Notes under the pieces: model-generated
The model's input: only the letters and a program-made list of their open reading frames with translations
Told to the model about the DNA's origin: nothing
The model's database searches: none
Program-made: the position numbers and the translations under genes
Source of the DNA: the human T2T-CHM13v2.0 reference genome, Homo sapiens
Reading direction: 5' to 3'
DNA: 64,000 nt
Assembly (NCBI GenBank): GCA_009914755.4
Contig: CP068257.2
Coordinates: 13,984,001-14,048,000 of the forward strand
Shown: piece by piece, positions 14,423-30,590 of the stretch
How positions within the stretch are numbered: the first letter of the stretch is position 1
Layout: every line of letters starts with the position of its first letter

Positions 14423-14835
14423 CTCATAGTTTTATGAACTAGACATCTGACATGAGTCTCACTGGACTATAGTCAAGAGAGCCACAGCCTGCTTTCTTCT
14501 GAGGTTCTAGAGGAGATTTTCCAGCTTCTGGATGCCTCTGGAATTCCTTGGCTCATGACTCTTTTCTCCATCTTCAAAGCCAGCGGCGCAGCCCTCCGAC
14601 CTCTGCCTCCATGGTCACATCTCCCCTTCTGACTCTGACTCTCCTATCTTCCTCTTTGATTTATAAGGACCCTCCTGATTACACTGGGCTCACAAAGATA
14701 ATCCCAGATAACCTCCCCATTTCAAGTTCTTATTTAGCCATATCTGCAAATTCCCTTTTGCCACTTAATATTCACAGGTTCCAGGAATAAAACTTAGACA
14801 TCTTTGGAAGCCATTATTCTGCCTTCCATGCCCAT
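14423..14835 (+). mobile_element. LTR-like interspersed repeat, family D, copy 1 (resembles MLT1-type MaLR LTRs)
   Basis: Shares ordered blocks with 56864-57300: atgagtctcactgg.ctatagtcaag, ccagcttctgga.gcc, ccatcttcaaagccagc, ttataaggaccct..gattacactgggc.cac..gataatcc.gataa.ctcc, attcacaggttc..gga, agacatctttgg.agccattattctgcctacca. Confidence 0.5.
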
Positions 14836-16313
14836 CAATTCTACTGCCTAAGAAGTGACTCAAACAGAGAACATTTGCAAAGCATTTTGGATAACGTTCA
14901 TGCTGCTTGACTTATAGATGTGGCTATGCAGGTCATTTCCTAAAAACCTGTTTTCTGATTTCGTATGATTTTGGGTGTTCAGCATGGGCCAAGAAAGTAA
15001 CACCTAACCATCAGTGATTTTAAAATCCTTGCTTTTGAGAATTTGTTGAAATTTAGGTAGCAACCCACATTTTCATACTGAAATTTGAAATTGTTCTAAC
15101 TTTTAACATTACTTAGTTAATAAACCTTAGAGTAATGAATTAGAGAAATAGAAGTAGAAGGTACAGAATTCTAAACTAGTGAAGAACAGTTTGATAATTT
15201 ATGAGGATACATAACTTGCAGAATGTGAAATTTTGGGAAATAATATGGCTGTCCAGGGCAAAGTCACTGCAGTTTCCTGAGTAATTAAGAAATGTAATTT
15301 GGAAGAACTGCTGGCCTGTTGGCAAAGATTTTGAACACTATCTACGCTGGTTTGTTTTATAAGTCAATGCCTTCTAACACTTTTATTTTCAGTGACTGTC
15401 ATTTTAATTTTTTTCTCCAGTTCCCTAGTTTCTATGAGAATTTGGTCTTGCTAATAAGATTTTCTCCAATTATGAAATTTGTCAACAACATAGATTCTTG
15501 AAAAGTAATTATAATCCTTTACTTAAAATTTTTATTGTTTCCTTTAAAATGTCTTCTGCATAGTAAAATTCAAAATCAAATATCTGTCAAAGAGGTGAGT
15601 GTGCCTTATTACCTCAAAGATGTTAAATTGCTTTTGCAAATTACTTTCTCATTCTCTTTTCTAGTCTCATCTTAATTCTCCATGGTTTTAATAGCAGGTG
15701 CTCTTGCTGGCTTCATTTGGTTTATTGCTTTGTCTAAAAATAGTTTTCATAGCTTAAATAGGCTTGCAAATTTGATTCTTTCTAATAATTTCACTTATAA
15801 GCAGTCACATTTTCTCTCTGAAAAATAATTTAATATTTATATTGCCAGTTGGGCTAGGTTTGGTTTTTAAGTTGTGCATTTGTTTCCATTTGAAACTACT
15901 ATTGTTAATAATCAACATTGGCTGAGGCAAGATGTAGTAGACGCCACCCTTACCAATAAATATTCCTTGGACTGTTAACATGAGTAGTTCATTGAAAGTA
16001 TGTTTGAATCAAAAGAATTAGGTTGTAAAGTGAGCGGAGGCTGTGGCTTCTGAAAAAAATTGGCTATGGACTTAGAAATCAAATCAAACCTAGGATTAAA
16101 TTTGGCTCTGCTACTGATTAGCTAAGATTTGGAACATGCACCTCAGTTTTGTCATGTGTACAATTGGAAAATACAGACCTCGTGAGAATGATGTGAAAAC
16201 TATATGAGATAATGCAGCTAAATTTCTAGCATAGGATTCACAAAAAGCATCTAATAAATTGTACCTCTTATTACCTAGACATTTCTAGTTTTGCTTTAAA
16301 AAATAAAATCTGT

Positions 16314-16626
16314 GGCCAGCGCCGTGGCTCACACCTGTAATCCCAGCACTTTGGGAGGCTGAGGCGGGCAGATCACTTGAGGTCAGGAGTTCGAGACCAG
16401 CCTGGCCAACTTTGTGAAACCCCATCTCTACTAAAAATACAAAAATTAGCCAGGCATGGTGTCACACACCTGTAAACACAGCAACTCGGGAAGCTGAAGC
16501 TGGAGAATCTCTTGAGCCCAGAAGGTGGAGGTTGCAGTGAGCCAAGATCACACCATTCACACCACTGCACTCCACCTAGGCAACAGAGCCAGATTCCATC
16601 TCAAAACAAACAAACAAACAAAAAAC
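16314..16626 (+). mobile_element. Alu SINE with (CAAA)n-modified A-tail
   Basis: ggccagcgccgtggctcacacctgtaatcccagcactttgggaggctgaggcgggcagatcacttgaggtcaggagttcgagaccagcctggccaac ... tail caaaacaaacaaacaaacaaaaaa. TSD-like aaaa(t/a)ctgtg at both ends. Confidence 0.95.
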
Positions 16627-16764
16627 TGTGTATCTTAACAGATTTTTTTAATTGATATGTGCTATAAACAGTTCTTAACACCCACAAGGAATACACAAAA
16701 CATCCAATAGATTACAAAAAATGTTAAACTTCAAAAATTCTTGATATGAAAATGAAATCAATAA

Positions 16765-17080
<316 letters not shown>

Positions 17081-18105
17081 TAGATTAGCAATAATTTCTA
17101 ACGGATTATTTTTATCAACAGACTGTCATTATAGTGGGGGCAAAGGGCTAGATTAAAGGCATTAGGACAACTAACCATCTGTATATAAAAGAATAAAACT
17201 AGTACCCTACATCACACCATTTTCAAAAATCAATTACAGACACACAAAATACTTAAATGGAAAAAAGCTACAAGACTAACTTAAAATATTATATGTGTAT
17301 ATATATATATGTATACACACACGCATATGTACTGAAAAAGGTGAATAGTTAAATAAATAAATTGGAAAGGAAAAACAAATATTCCTTACAGAGGAATTCC
17401 ATTTAAAATATGCAGATTCTCCTCCCTCAAAGGCGTGGCACTTAATCACCACCACATTTCTCCTTCTTGGTAGGCTAGACATAATAACTTGCTTCCAAGG
17501 ACTAGGGTAAGGAGAGAGAAAATCAGTAACTTTACAGTGAAAAAATCTGGCAAGGCGTGATTAACCAAGTAATTAAGGTTAACATCGTCAGTGATGTCAT
17601 GTAGGTATGATATCCCCCTTGATATTCTGGGATGAGAAGGGCACTTTACCCATGACATATTCTTTCCAAACACCCATAAGCTCACTGTAATCATAAGAAA
17701 AACATCAGATAAATTTAGATCCAAGACAATTCTACAGCTTCCTTGGCCAGTACTCCTCAAGACTGCCAAGATGATGAAAAACAAGGAAAAGAAAGAAAAG
17801 CTGTCATAGACCAGAGGAGACGTGGGAGAAATGACAAAGAAACACAATCTGGATCCAGGATTGAATACTGGAAACAAAGAAAAGAAACCTAGTGAAATTC
17901 AAATAAAATCTGGAGTTCAATTAGCAGTAATGTATTAATGTTGGTTTCTTATCTTGGACAAATGTACTATGGTAATGTAAGATGTTAACAAAAGGTGAAA
18001 CTGAGAAAGAGAAACACAGGGACTCTGTATTATTGCTGCAATCTTTCTATAAATCCAAGGTTATTCAAAAGTACAAAATGTATTTAAGAAGACTATAAGA
18101 TTTAA

Positions 18106-18426
<321 letters not shown>

Positions 18427-18559
18427 CTTTATATTCTTCAGATAAAGATGTCTTAACCAAGGAAAAAAATGTAGAAAAATATTGATGAAAAGAAAATATT
18501 GATAAATTTGACTACATTAAATTCCAGAATGTTCATCAAACCAAGCTGCAAAGAAAGTA

Positions 18560-19270
18560 AAAATATAAATCACAAATGGGGAGAAGGTATTTGCAATAAA
18601 TACATTGAAATGACAGAGATCTCTTGCAATGCAAATTGAAAAAAGATAAGCAGCTCCATGGAAAAGTGAGGAAAATACTTAAATAGAATTTCAGAAAAAA
18701 GGCAGTCTCAAAGATCAATGAGTATATTAGAGGATGTTCAACCATATTACTGTTGAGGAAAAGACCACAGTGGGATATCATTTCATGTTTGCTCACTTGG
18801 AAATTTTAAAGACTGAGAATATCAAGTGTTATCAAAAGTGTGGAAAGCCAAAACATTTATACACTGCAGGTGGAAGTGTAAGACTTTATTGCCACTTTGG
18901 AAACAATTTGGCAGTATCTAGAGTAAAAGATGTGTGTATTCTATGTATGACAAAGCAACTGCACTTCTAGGTATATAGCACAGAGAAACTCTCGTATATA
19001 TGAACCAGGAAACCAAAATACTCTCAGAAGCTCTGTTTATAATAACAACAACAAAAAGAAAAACAAAACAGATGCAACCCAAATATCTATCACAACATAA
19101 TACCATCCAGCAATGAAAATAAAACAACAGTAATGAGCGAAACAAGGATGAATTGCAAGAATACAATTTGGAGGGAAAGAGGAAAGTGCAGAATGCATAC
19201 AGCATTTCTTTACATCAAATTTTAAAATATAGAACTAAACAATTTAGTGTTTAGGATCACAAACACGTGG
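18560..19270 (+). mobile_element. LINE-1 3' end fragment (old L1M/L1P-type ORF2 end and 3'UTR)
   Basis: Blocks gatatcatttcatgtttgctc, ggaaattttaaagactgagaat, tgccactttggaaacaatttggcagtatctagagtaaaagatg, caactgcacttctaggtatatagcacagagaaa, cagcaatgaaaataaaacaacagtaatgagcgaaacaaggatgaattgcaag match the L1 3' region as I recall it. Confidence 0.7.
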
Positions 19271-19271
19271 G

Positions 19272-19650
19272 AAAGTGCTATGGTCTTAATGTTTGCATTC
19301 CTCCAAAATGCATATAATTGAAATTTAATCCCCAAAATGCTGTTACAAACAGGTGGCGCCTTTGGGAGGTGATTAGGTCATGAGGATGAAGCCCTCAAGA
19401 ATGCAATTAGTGTCCTTATAAAAGAGGCCTCCAAGAGCTCATTGGCCCCTTTTTGCCCTTCTGCCATGTGAGGATATAGCAAAAAGGCACCATCTTTGAA
19501 GAAGACAGGAAGCCCTCACCAGACATGGAAGCTACTGGCACCTTGATCTTGGACTTCCCAGGCTCCAGAACTCTGAGCAATAAGTTTCTGCTGTTTACAA
19601 ATTACCCAGTTTAACATATTTTGTTATAGCAGCTTGAACAGACTCCAATA
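19272..19650 (+). mobile_element. ERVL-MaLR-type LTR (THE1/MST-related), family B copy 1
   Basis: ..ccccaaaatgctgttacaaacaggtggcgcctttgggaggtgattaggtcatgaggatgaagccctcaagaat..gtccttataaaagaggcc..cccttctgccatgtgaggatatagcaaaaaggcacc..caccagacatggaagctactggcaccttgatcttggacttcccaggctccagaactctgagcaataagtttctgctgtttacaaattacccagtttaacatattttgttatagcagc..gactcc. Collinear with forward THE1-type LTRs and with three more copies in the window. Confidence 0.6.
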
Positions 19651-22600
19651 GAAACCTATAAAGAAAAGCAAAGGAATGGTAAAGATAATTCTTACAGCTA
19701 CTACCTCTATGGAGGGCTTAGAGGAGTGGTGCCTAGGGAACTTCAAAAATAAAACAATATTCTCCGTTTTTAACTGGATGGTGGGTTCATGGGTGTTTGT
19801 ATACATACTAAATATGGTATAAATATTATTTTATATCTACTTAATAATAAGAAGAAAGAAAGACAAAGGTGAGAGATAGAGACAGGGAAGGAGTGTGGGT
19901 TATCACTCTCACTAGCGGTGATACCCATACAGCATGGAGACCCCAGTGTGCAAAGGGATTCCCAAGTGTAGAGCTAAGTTTACCAGTTTGGTAGATTTCA
20001 CTGCCTCTTTTTATTCTTATCTCATATCAAAGCTTCATTTAAGTTAGCTGGGCCCAAATTACCGGAGTAAAAACATCATTATCTCCTCCCTCTAGCTCAA
20101 CCTCTTGTGATGTACAGTGCCCCATGCCTGTTTTCTCGGAGCCACAGTCCCCTCTTCCTCCTTTTCTCACTGTCACAACAGAGATTCTATATGTCTCCGT
20201 CTACATACCTGACCCTTAAATGCTGTAGTAAGCCATCCTTCCTGAGAATTCATCCCCAGATCCTAGGCTGTCTTTTTCTCCTTCCTTAGGATGTCCTTCC
20301 TCCTCACTTTGCTCAAGACCATGAATTGATGCAGTGGTAATGGAAAAATTTCTAAAGCATATCGGACCGATCATTGCCAGAAATGCATCTTCTCTCTTTT
20401 CTGATTCAAGGCAGTTGTTAGGCCAGAAGAGTGGCCTCAGAGAAATACACACCTCTTTTTAAAGTGATGGATTCTGTATTAGATCTGAGAACTTCTTCTT
20501 CACTTTGTATGCCAAAGAAAAAATTTTAAGCAAGTATAAAAGCAGGGAGACTGATGTACTAGTCCAGATGAAGGAAGGTAGTCTGAACCAAGGCAGTGGA
20601 TATAACAGAAGTGGAAGTAGAGATGAGGGAACAGATTTGAAAAAGATTTGCTTGGAACCCTGTTTATTTACTAGACAAAAATCTGTCTGGAAGGAATTAT
20701 GTGAAAATAGCCATCATCTTCATAAAACAACAGTGGGTGGACAGATTAAAAACTTTAAAATTATTGTCTACAATGAGACAAGAAGAAAGCTAAGTATTTT
20801 GAGAGTTATAGATTATTGAAGCAAAATTATTAATTGAGCACCAAGCTCTGCCATTGCCTCCAGGAAGCTACAGAGAACATTATTACTTGTAACCTAATGA
20901 GCCTTCAGAAATCAGTAACTAATCATGTTCATGACTTGCTATAGTTATTAGCATTAAACATGGATTAGACTAATTTTTAGTATTATACATGGGTGGGATT
21001 TGTCTTTTTGAAAATTTTCAACTATTCACATTTATCCTTTTTGTTCCATAGCAAAAAAAGATAAACAACATGTTGGAAAGCATGGATATGGTTCATAATA
21101 TTTTTTGACTGAGCAATTAATTCTTATAATGACATTTAAAGGCTTTCTGAGAAAATATGAGAAAACTTTTAAGAAAAATGTTTTAAGTATAATATATAAA
21201 GGATGATAAAAGATCTGGAGAAAGGAAAGTATCCTGCTTAAGTCAACAACTCCTACTGTAGACAGAGTTTTTAATAAAAAAAAAGAATTCTGACTATAAA
21301 AGATAGTTTAACCACGTAGTTTTTATCTTGGAGACTGAGGCAACATTTAAACCACAGAAGAAAGAAACCAGGTAAATTTATTTTATGACTCCGAATTCAT
21401 AATAAAAAAAGAGCACCTCAATTTCAGGCATATATTTTGTTTTCCCCCAGGATAAACATATTTTCACAACATAATTTGGCACATTTTACAGCCAAAGTAA
21501 AATATGCAGGAAAACACTATAATATTAATGATAACTCTACAAACTGCATGGAGAAAACATTACTCAATTATCAGTTAAGTGAAATTCAACCTAAGTGTGG
21601 GGTTTTAATCCCTCCTACATGTAAATGTTTATATGTTGTATGTGTTTAAGGTTCATTAGCTCAAAATGTATCATACATTCCCTAATGAAAAGTTATTTCT
21701 TATGGGCCTGTATATCTTTTTGGTTTGTATTGCAATTTGTACAATGTCCTGATGCACATTTTTTATTAATGTTGTAATTACATTGTAAATTTTTTTTGTT
21801 TGTTTGCTTTTTTCTCTCTTCGAATGTTAGTGCATTGAAGACAGAAACTACCACTTCTATAAGATCGCTTTAGTTCTTTGCACAGTGCACGGTACATGGT
21901 ACTTATTCAATAAATGTGTAATGAAAAGCTTTACATGTATATAATGGCCATGCTCAGGATATTTAATTTCCCTAAAAACTGTTAGTTCTAACTATGAAGC
22001 TAGTTAAGTAATACAAACTTTCTCATCCTTATAAATGTTTTCTTGGGATCTATAATTTTGTATAAGCTTTCCAGTGAAAACTTTAATTCATCCCTCTAAA
22101 ATATTGTATAAATTCTGTAAACAAAAGAAAATTTCCAAGTACCTTTCCCCCATGAAATATAATACCATTAAATGGCTCTGTTATATTTTGGAGAGGAGCT
22201 ATCTCATCCAAAAATAATAGAAAATCATGAGTTTTAACATTTCCGTAAAACAGAGCATAAAGAAGTGTGAATCTTCTCTTGTTCTCAGGCGTGCATATTC
22301 TGCTCTGTTCGTTGCTAAGATACACTAAACTTAAAAGTACAGAAATGCAATTTGGCTCCTTAAAAATAGGCTATGCAGCTTTCTTATTTTTGACAAAATT
22401 AGTCTCTATGGAACATACACAATCTCAGCACAATCATCTATTTTAGTCACTTTCTGGCCTTAGTTAATTAGATAGTGTTTTGTAAAGATTTTAATTTTAA
22501 GTTTTCATTTTGAGAGCAACAAAGTTATTTGCAAGCACTAACCAAATATCTCTGGTTTTTGGCTTCCCACCCTTCTTTTAAGTGATCTGTAAAAAAACAA

Positions 22601-24122
22601 CCCTGACATGGGTTTTTGCAAGGAAAAGCCACACTGATCTCAATTTCTAAAAGTAACTGATTCTTGTGTTCTTCCATTTCTTCTTCTTTTTCCTGAAAAA
22701 GTAAAGTTACTTCACAGGCCAAATCTATTTATCTTGAGGTGAGGTGGTGGTGAAATTGGGTCGAATACCATGTTGCATTCTCAGATCATGACAAATCTGG
22801 CAGACGCATCTTTTCTAGTTGAGCCAGATAAGAACTATGGGCATCTTTATAAGGTTCACATCATTCCTGTTGGGAAGACCAACCTCAGAACCTATTACTT
22901 GTTTGGTAGTGTCAGTATGTTCAAGCTGAATTACACATCTGGGCATATCCCTGGGCACCAGCCTTAAAATCTGCTTATTTTCTATAGGATCCTGCCTTTC
23001 AGGGGAAGGCATGAAAAGGTATAATTAGGAAAGAATACTTGTATCTATGTAAATTTTAAAGATGCATATATATGTGGATATATATGTGTGTATGTATGCA
23101 TATACACATACATACAACAGGTTGCAAGATCCCTGGATCTGAAGATAGCAGACAAGAATCAAAAATCTCTGCCACGTATTGCCTACTAATTCATAACCCC
23201 TAAATTGGATTCTATTTTTTTTAGTTCTCACACGATTTCACATTCCCTTTCTTTCCTTTTACATTAATGGCTTTCTTAATTCTTGGTAGGATTTTTTTTT
23301 CCTTCTCATTTTTCTCTTCTAGCACCTCTTACCCACAGAATTCCATCTTTTTCTCTCTTCTTTCCTCACTACACAGTCTACATGAACTTCTTCACTGTCA
23401 CATTTCAATTAATGTCCATACGTAGTACTTGATAAATATCTGTCTCCAACCCATCCCTTTTTCTTTGACACTCCAAATTCACATCTCTGAAGCTATGTCT
23501 TCGAATGTAATTGTCACAAACCAAATTCATACTCTACTACTCCATTTCTGCTCTTCCTCCTTTCTTTCTTATCTATGATTCTTATGGTAACAGTGCAAAG
23601 GCTGGGAGAGGAAAAATAGAAATGTATTAATGTAAAGTTGTCATACTACTCTTGAAGTGATATAATACCACTTTCTGTTAGACTCCAATACGTTGAAGGT
23701 TTATGCTATAAGCACTAAGGTAACCAAAAGATGCTGCAGACTATTATAGCATCTCTTCAAACAGACTTCACAGAAACTTGCAAGCAGCCTGTGTCTATGA
23801 CATCAGTTGGCATGAGCAACAGGTTTTTGATTTTGGAGAACTATGTTTACCTGACACTGCAACAAAACAAAAGCAGCTATACATGATAGGAATGAATACA
23901 AATATTAACAACTGATATCATTGAATTTTTGGAGGGTGAGGAGCCCCTCAAGACAAATAGAGACTTTCAATTTTAAAAGAGCAGATATTGTGTTTGTTCC
24001 CCTGACTTATTTCTTAAACCAGCTAATCATTTCATGAGCCGTTATCTATTCCTTGCTGTCTTCTTTTGCCCTGCTCAAACTTTCACCACCCCCAGTTGTT
24101 TTTCTTCATGCACGTATACTAA

Positions 24123-24452
<330 letters not shown>

Positions 24453-26554
24453 TCCTTTACTACTTCCTATTTGTATTAAATTATTGGTTGGCTTAAGAAA
24501 GGAGAAACAAGGAAGAAACAATATCTATCATTTTAAAACTTCAAGGACCTATTTCTTCAAGAATTTCACCACCCAAAAAATTAAAGGGTCTCTATCAGAA
24601 ATGTTTTTATTTACTCACAGCTATTATGCTTAATGTTTTAGTTTTTTCTGAATTCAGCTTACTATGTTTGAAAATCATCACCTTTAAAGAAATCTGACAG
24701 TATAATTTTGCAGGTACAAGGAAAAGAAAAAAAGCCATCGATTCTGTAGTTTGTTAAAACTAAAACCCATTCTCCCTTTTTCTCTTATCGCCAATCTTTC
24801 CCATATTCTACTGAGCAAAATGACTGTTGCCAAAATCAGTTCTCAAAATCCAAATATGAAGCTTCTAGAATGTTATAATGTAAAAATAAAGTATGCTACA
24901 TTCTGGAGTAAAAATTTGAGGACACACAGACAAGGACATACCTGGGTTGGCTCAATCTTGCTTGTCCTGTGGTTTCAGAAATCTAAATTGATTATTTGGA
25001 TATCTTTTTCGTGTATTTTAACGCTGTGTTGTGCCCACCAAATTAGGTTGCTCAAATGTCTGATCCAAGAGGATTATGGAAGCATTCTCGAGTATTTTCA
25101 TCTTCCGTGTTCCTCTGGGCTTTCTCTCTTGAAGTCATTTTATTAGTCATCCTCAAATGGCTTCTACTGATGTTTCTGATAACTTGATGCTGCCCTGGGA
25201 ATGCCCATCACACAGCTGTCACCACCATCTGGAGAACTCATTATCTCTATGAAATAGTGTTCTCTTACCTATGGGATATGACCTTTGCTAATTACTCTAG
25301 TGGAGTAAAAAATAATTTCCCCATCATCATTTTATCCTGCTACCAGGTCATGTGGCAGCCACATGACTCCATCCCATAGTTTCCTGTAAAAAGACTGGTA
25401 ATTCGACTTTTATTTGATTTACTCTTTATCACAGCTTTTACCTCCTAAGAACTTGGGCAACAGTCCAAAGTGGAATGGATCACAAGTCAAACTGAGTATC
25501 AGCACATTATCACGTCCTGGCTACAGAAATAAAGATTTGAATTATTTGTTTTTCCCACCATCGGGTGCCCTTAGTTAAAGTTAACCCTCCCTTATACTAC
25601 ATAGAAATAATCTACATTGTAAGATCATCTGCATTAACAAGTATATCTTTACATCTCAGATAAAATTGCATCTTCCTTCTCTATGGTAGCACTTACTACT
25701 GATGTATCATTATATCTTCGGGCTCATGTGCGACAAATGTTTTCAGCAGGGCAGAGGATCTACTGATAGTTGTTAAGTGCTTCCTCTGTGCCGGCACTGC
25801 GCTAAATACTGCACATGTTTAACGCACACTGCACTCACTTAACCCTCACAAAAATCCAATGAAGTAGGTACTAATACTATCCCATTTTGCAGATGCACAA
25901 ATGGAAGCAACGAGGCTAACTAGAACCCACTTTGCAATAAGCGGTGGAAGCAGGGTGAGAACCCAATCAGTGCAGCAACAGAGACTTCACTCTTAACTAG
26001 TGCCCAACTGCTTCTCATAATAAAACATGTGCTGCTAACCACTTCTTAGCCTACATCATGTTGACGAACTTTAGATTGATTCTAATCTTTGCTTTTATGA
26101 ACAGTATTCTAGTGAATGTCTTTGTATGCACTTCATTTTGCACATAAGCATTTATCAATAGAATAAGTGTCCTGAAGTAGAATTTTTGAGTAAAAAAAAG
26201 TATATATGTACATTTTACATTTTGATGAGTATTGCTATAATGTTCTTCATAAACCATAGTCAGAATTTATGTTCCAAAAGCCATATATTAGAGTAAAACC
26301 ATGTATTTTACAAGTTTCAAGTTACTTTTGGAGCATATCTACATGTTCTTTGCTTTTATTCATTCTCAGGTTCCCTCCTACACCAAATTGATACAACTAT
26401 CCCAGGACTTGGTCCGCAAAGTGTTTTGTTCAAATATTCAAAATCTAGGCACAGGTATTTCTTAGTACTTCATAAGATGGGGAAGGATGAAACCATCTGC
26501 ATAATTGGATATTTTCCCCATTACAATTGGAATATTTGAATTCACAGATGTTAA

Positions 26555-26978
<424 letters not shown>

Positions 26979-27765
26979 TAAACTCACCACAAAGAAAGTG
27001 GAGATTTAAGAACAAACTTTAATAAAACTGGGGAAAACTATAATAGAAAATTTGTCTCAAAGTAAATAATTGGCAGTTAGTACATTGAAGATTTTTTAAT
27101 ACAAACTTTTTTATCTCACAAAATAAAATCTAAATAGAAAATTTACCATAGTATGATTTTTTCACATGTTAAGATAAAAATTAAATTGAAGCTAGTGCCA
27201 AAAGGGAAAAACTAGATAAGTTATAGTAAATAACTAGAAAAGTCATAGTAAATGTTTAAAGAGATGTTATGTTAGTTAAAATAAATTAATTATATAAATA
27301 TAGATTTTAAATCAATTTTGAGTTTCAAAATGAGTCACATGCATTTTATAAATAATGTAGCTTGCATTACAACGACATATTTACAATGTTTTCAGTTGAG
27401 TGACTAATATGAATCAGGCACCTTCTCATGTGTTTGTTCATTTAAGACCAAAGAACAACATCCCATTGAGGTGGGAATTCTTCATCTCCCTTTTACAGAC
27501 AAAACTGGAGTTCAGGTGGGCAAAGTGACATATCCATAGTCACGGACAGACATAGTTAGCTATGCCAGATCTCAAGTCCCACAAATCTAAGACAGAAGAT
27601 TCGGTTGTAATTAACAAGAAGATATTTCTGACCGATTTCTGAATATCAGTTGAACTAAGAACTCCAAGGCTACTTTGGATACTCCAAAGTATCTTTGGAA
27701 ACACTTTAACCTCAAGTTTTAAATATTTATTAAGTTTCTATAATACCATTTGGGGTGTTTTGGGT

Positions 27766-28056
<291 letters not shown>

Positions 28057-28896
28057 CTATTTGGTTTTTAATTGTCCAAAATAAATTGGAAGAAATACAT
28101 TGTTCTTTGTGAGTTAATTACTTAACACTTTGCACTCCCAAGAACTTTCAGAGGTTCAAATGCCTTCAAGGGCCTCACAATTCTAGGGCTAGGCTGGAAT
28201 AAGGATATCAAAAGAAATAGCTTCAGAGGCATATGAAAGAGGCATGCTCTTGGGAAGGTATCCAACTTCAGAAATATTTACAACCTTATGAACAAGAGAT
28301 ACCAAATGTCCAGTCTGGGCCTATGGTTTTGGCGTTGGTGTTTCGGCTACTTCACCAAAATTAAACCTGAATATTTACAGTATCCAGAAAAATAATAGCA
28401 ATAAAAATATGATTGTAAATTGAATTCTAAAAACCAAACTCGTTGTGAATCATAACACTCTGCAGAATAAACAATATTATAAATGTATATTTTGTTTTGG
28501 CCTTGGTTAGAAAGAAAACACTAATTTTTTAGAAAACTATATACATATTTAGATAGAATAGGCTAAAAGTCTATCCTACACAAATTTCAAATTTAAATAC
28601 ACTGCTACTCAGAACTAACAATATCAGCCTCATTTTATATCTCAAAAGGGATGTGAGCTATAAATAAAAGAAGAATATTATGTTGCCCACACAGTGTCAA
28701 TTGCACTTGGCAGAGTTTGCTACCATCTCTTTTCACTGGGAGACTTAACAGAGATATAAAGATTTTGCAGTGTCCATAGTTCTGCAGGTGGTTCCTCTCC
28801 TCTAAATCTCTGATCTCATCTACATAGTAGCTTTCCAAAGGGAGAATGAAGTTCTGTCAATTTTAACACAGAGGATAATAAAACAGCTAAGCCCAC

Positions 28897-29392
28897 TTAA
28901 AAAATTTTTTTCCATAGGTTATTGGGGTACAGGTGCTATTTGGTTACATGAGTAAGTTCTTCAGTGGTGATTTGTGAGATTTTGGTGCACCCATCACCCA
29001 AGTAGTATACACCACACCCTATTTGTAGTCTTTTATCCCTCACCCCCTTCCATCCATTCCCCCCAAGCCCCCAAAGTCCACTGTGTTATTCTTATGCCTT
29101 TGTGTCCTCATAGCTTAGCTCCCACATATCAGTGAGAACATATGATGTTTGGTTTTCCATTCCTGAGTTACTTCCCTTAGAAGAATAATCTCCAATCTCA
29201 TCCAGGTCGCTGCAAATGCCCTTTATTCATTCCTTTTTATGGCTAAGTAGTATTCCACTGTATATATATGCCACAGTTTATTTATCCACTCGTTGATTGA
29301 TGAGCATTTGGGTTGATTCTATAATTTTGCTATTGCAAATTGTGCTGCTATAAACATGCATGTGCAAGTATCTTAAAAAACAACAACTTCAT
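28897..29392 (-). mobile_element. LINE-1 3' end fragment (L1PA/L1PB-like), reverse orientation
   Basis: Reverse-complement L1 3' end: poly-T, then ccataggttattggggtacaggtgc...cacccatcacccaagtagtatacaccacaccc...ctcccacatatcagtgagaacatatgatgtttggttttccattcctg...ctttttatggctaagtagtattccactgtatatatatgccacagtttatttatccactcgttgattgatgagcatttgggttgattc...tgctattgcaaattgtgctgctataaacatgcatgtgcaag. Confidence 0.85.
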
Positions 29393-30329
29393 GCCGTATT
29401 ATTGTTCATTTGACATCAAGCTCTATAACATTCTATACTTTCTAAATGAAGCAATGCTGAATAAATTATTCATTTTTGTTGGCCAAAAAAATGTTTTCAG
29501 ATTCTAGCTAAAAATCCAATTCACTAGCACTTTAAAAACCTGACAGAGGAAACCCAGACCCCTATTTATAATTAAGACTGAAGAGTCACCTGCTACTCAA
29601 CATATCCACACACAAACTCCTTATCTTTGCCCCATTAAGCCTTTTCCTTCATCATAAATTCTTTAGAAGTTACTGAAGGTGCAGTTTAAATAATCATCCA
29701 TGACATATGTTGTGATTGCCCTGATTACAAGATCTTCTACTTCTCTCTCTTTTGAAACTTTCTAGTATTTGTCTGCAATATTCAGATCCTTCATTTTATG
29801 ATAATCATTTGTACATGTTTACCAACTCTGATGTCATTGTAAATTCCAAAAAGATGGGCGGTATTGTATTTCTTAACTATTTTACTAAGGAAATAGATAA
29901 AAGGATACTTATGATGTGTTCCCAGCTATCAAGAAACCAAGAAGTCCAGCTTCTTAGTGTTCCACAGAGCACCTTACATATCTGTAAAATTTGAGTTTTT
30001 TATTAAAAAAATGGGATTCTTAGCCCATAACAATAGCTGTAAAAAAATGCAGACAGTGAAATTTTTTAATTTATTGGACTTCATTTGAAGACATCATTTT
30101 TTAAAACCCACCAAAATGACAGCATAAAAAGGAGCAAGGGCAATGAATTAATACTGTGAATTGTATTAATATATTTTTAGAAACAAAGGATAACTGTAGT
30201 AAATAATAACATTGCAGGTTCTGTTTTCTTGATTTGTTTTTTGTTTTTAAAATAACTAAGCAATTAAAAGGAACACATTTTAATATTAATAACATTATTT
30301 GTGGTTAAGGGATGCAAAAATGATTACAA

Positions 30330-30590
30330 AGAATAAATCAGATCTAGCATTTGACAGCACAACAGGGTGACTATAGTCAATAATAAGTTAATTGTACCTG
30401 AAATAATAACTAAAAGTATAATTGACTTGTTTGTAACACAAAGGATAAATGCTTGAGGTGATGGATGCCCCGTTTACCCTGATGTGTTTATTACACATTG
30501 TATGTCTGTATCAAAATATCTCATATACCCCAGGAATATATGCAACTACTATGTACCCACAAAAATTAAAAATTTTAAAAATGACTTAAA
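30330..30590 (+). mobile_element. Old L1 3'UTR fragment
   Basis: cacaacagggtgactatagtcaataataagttaattgta..., acacaaaggataaatgcttgaggtgatggatgccccgtttaccctgatgtgtttattacacattgtatgtctgtatcaaaatatctcatataccccaggaatatatgcaactactatgta... matches the L1M/L1P 3' terminus pattern. Confidence 0.65.

Noticed and set aside
17446-17877. 143-aa minus-strand ORF in apparently unique sequence
   Set aside because: It is a hydrophobic, low-complexity translation of AT-rich DNA with no recognisable domain or motif, no Kozak-like start, no splice-site logic and no conservation signal that I can see. It is expected by chance in 64 kb of AT-rich sequence.
20505-20819. 104-aa plus-strand ORF (MYAKEKILSKYKSRETDV...)
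   Set aside because: No similarity to any protein family I recognise. It sits in repeat-free but AT-rich sequence, and the length is within chance expectation. Not supportable as an exon from sequence alone.
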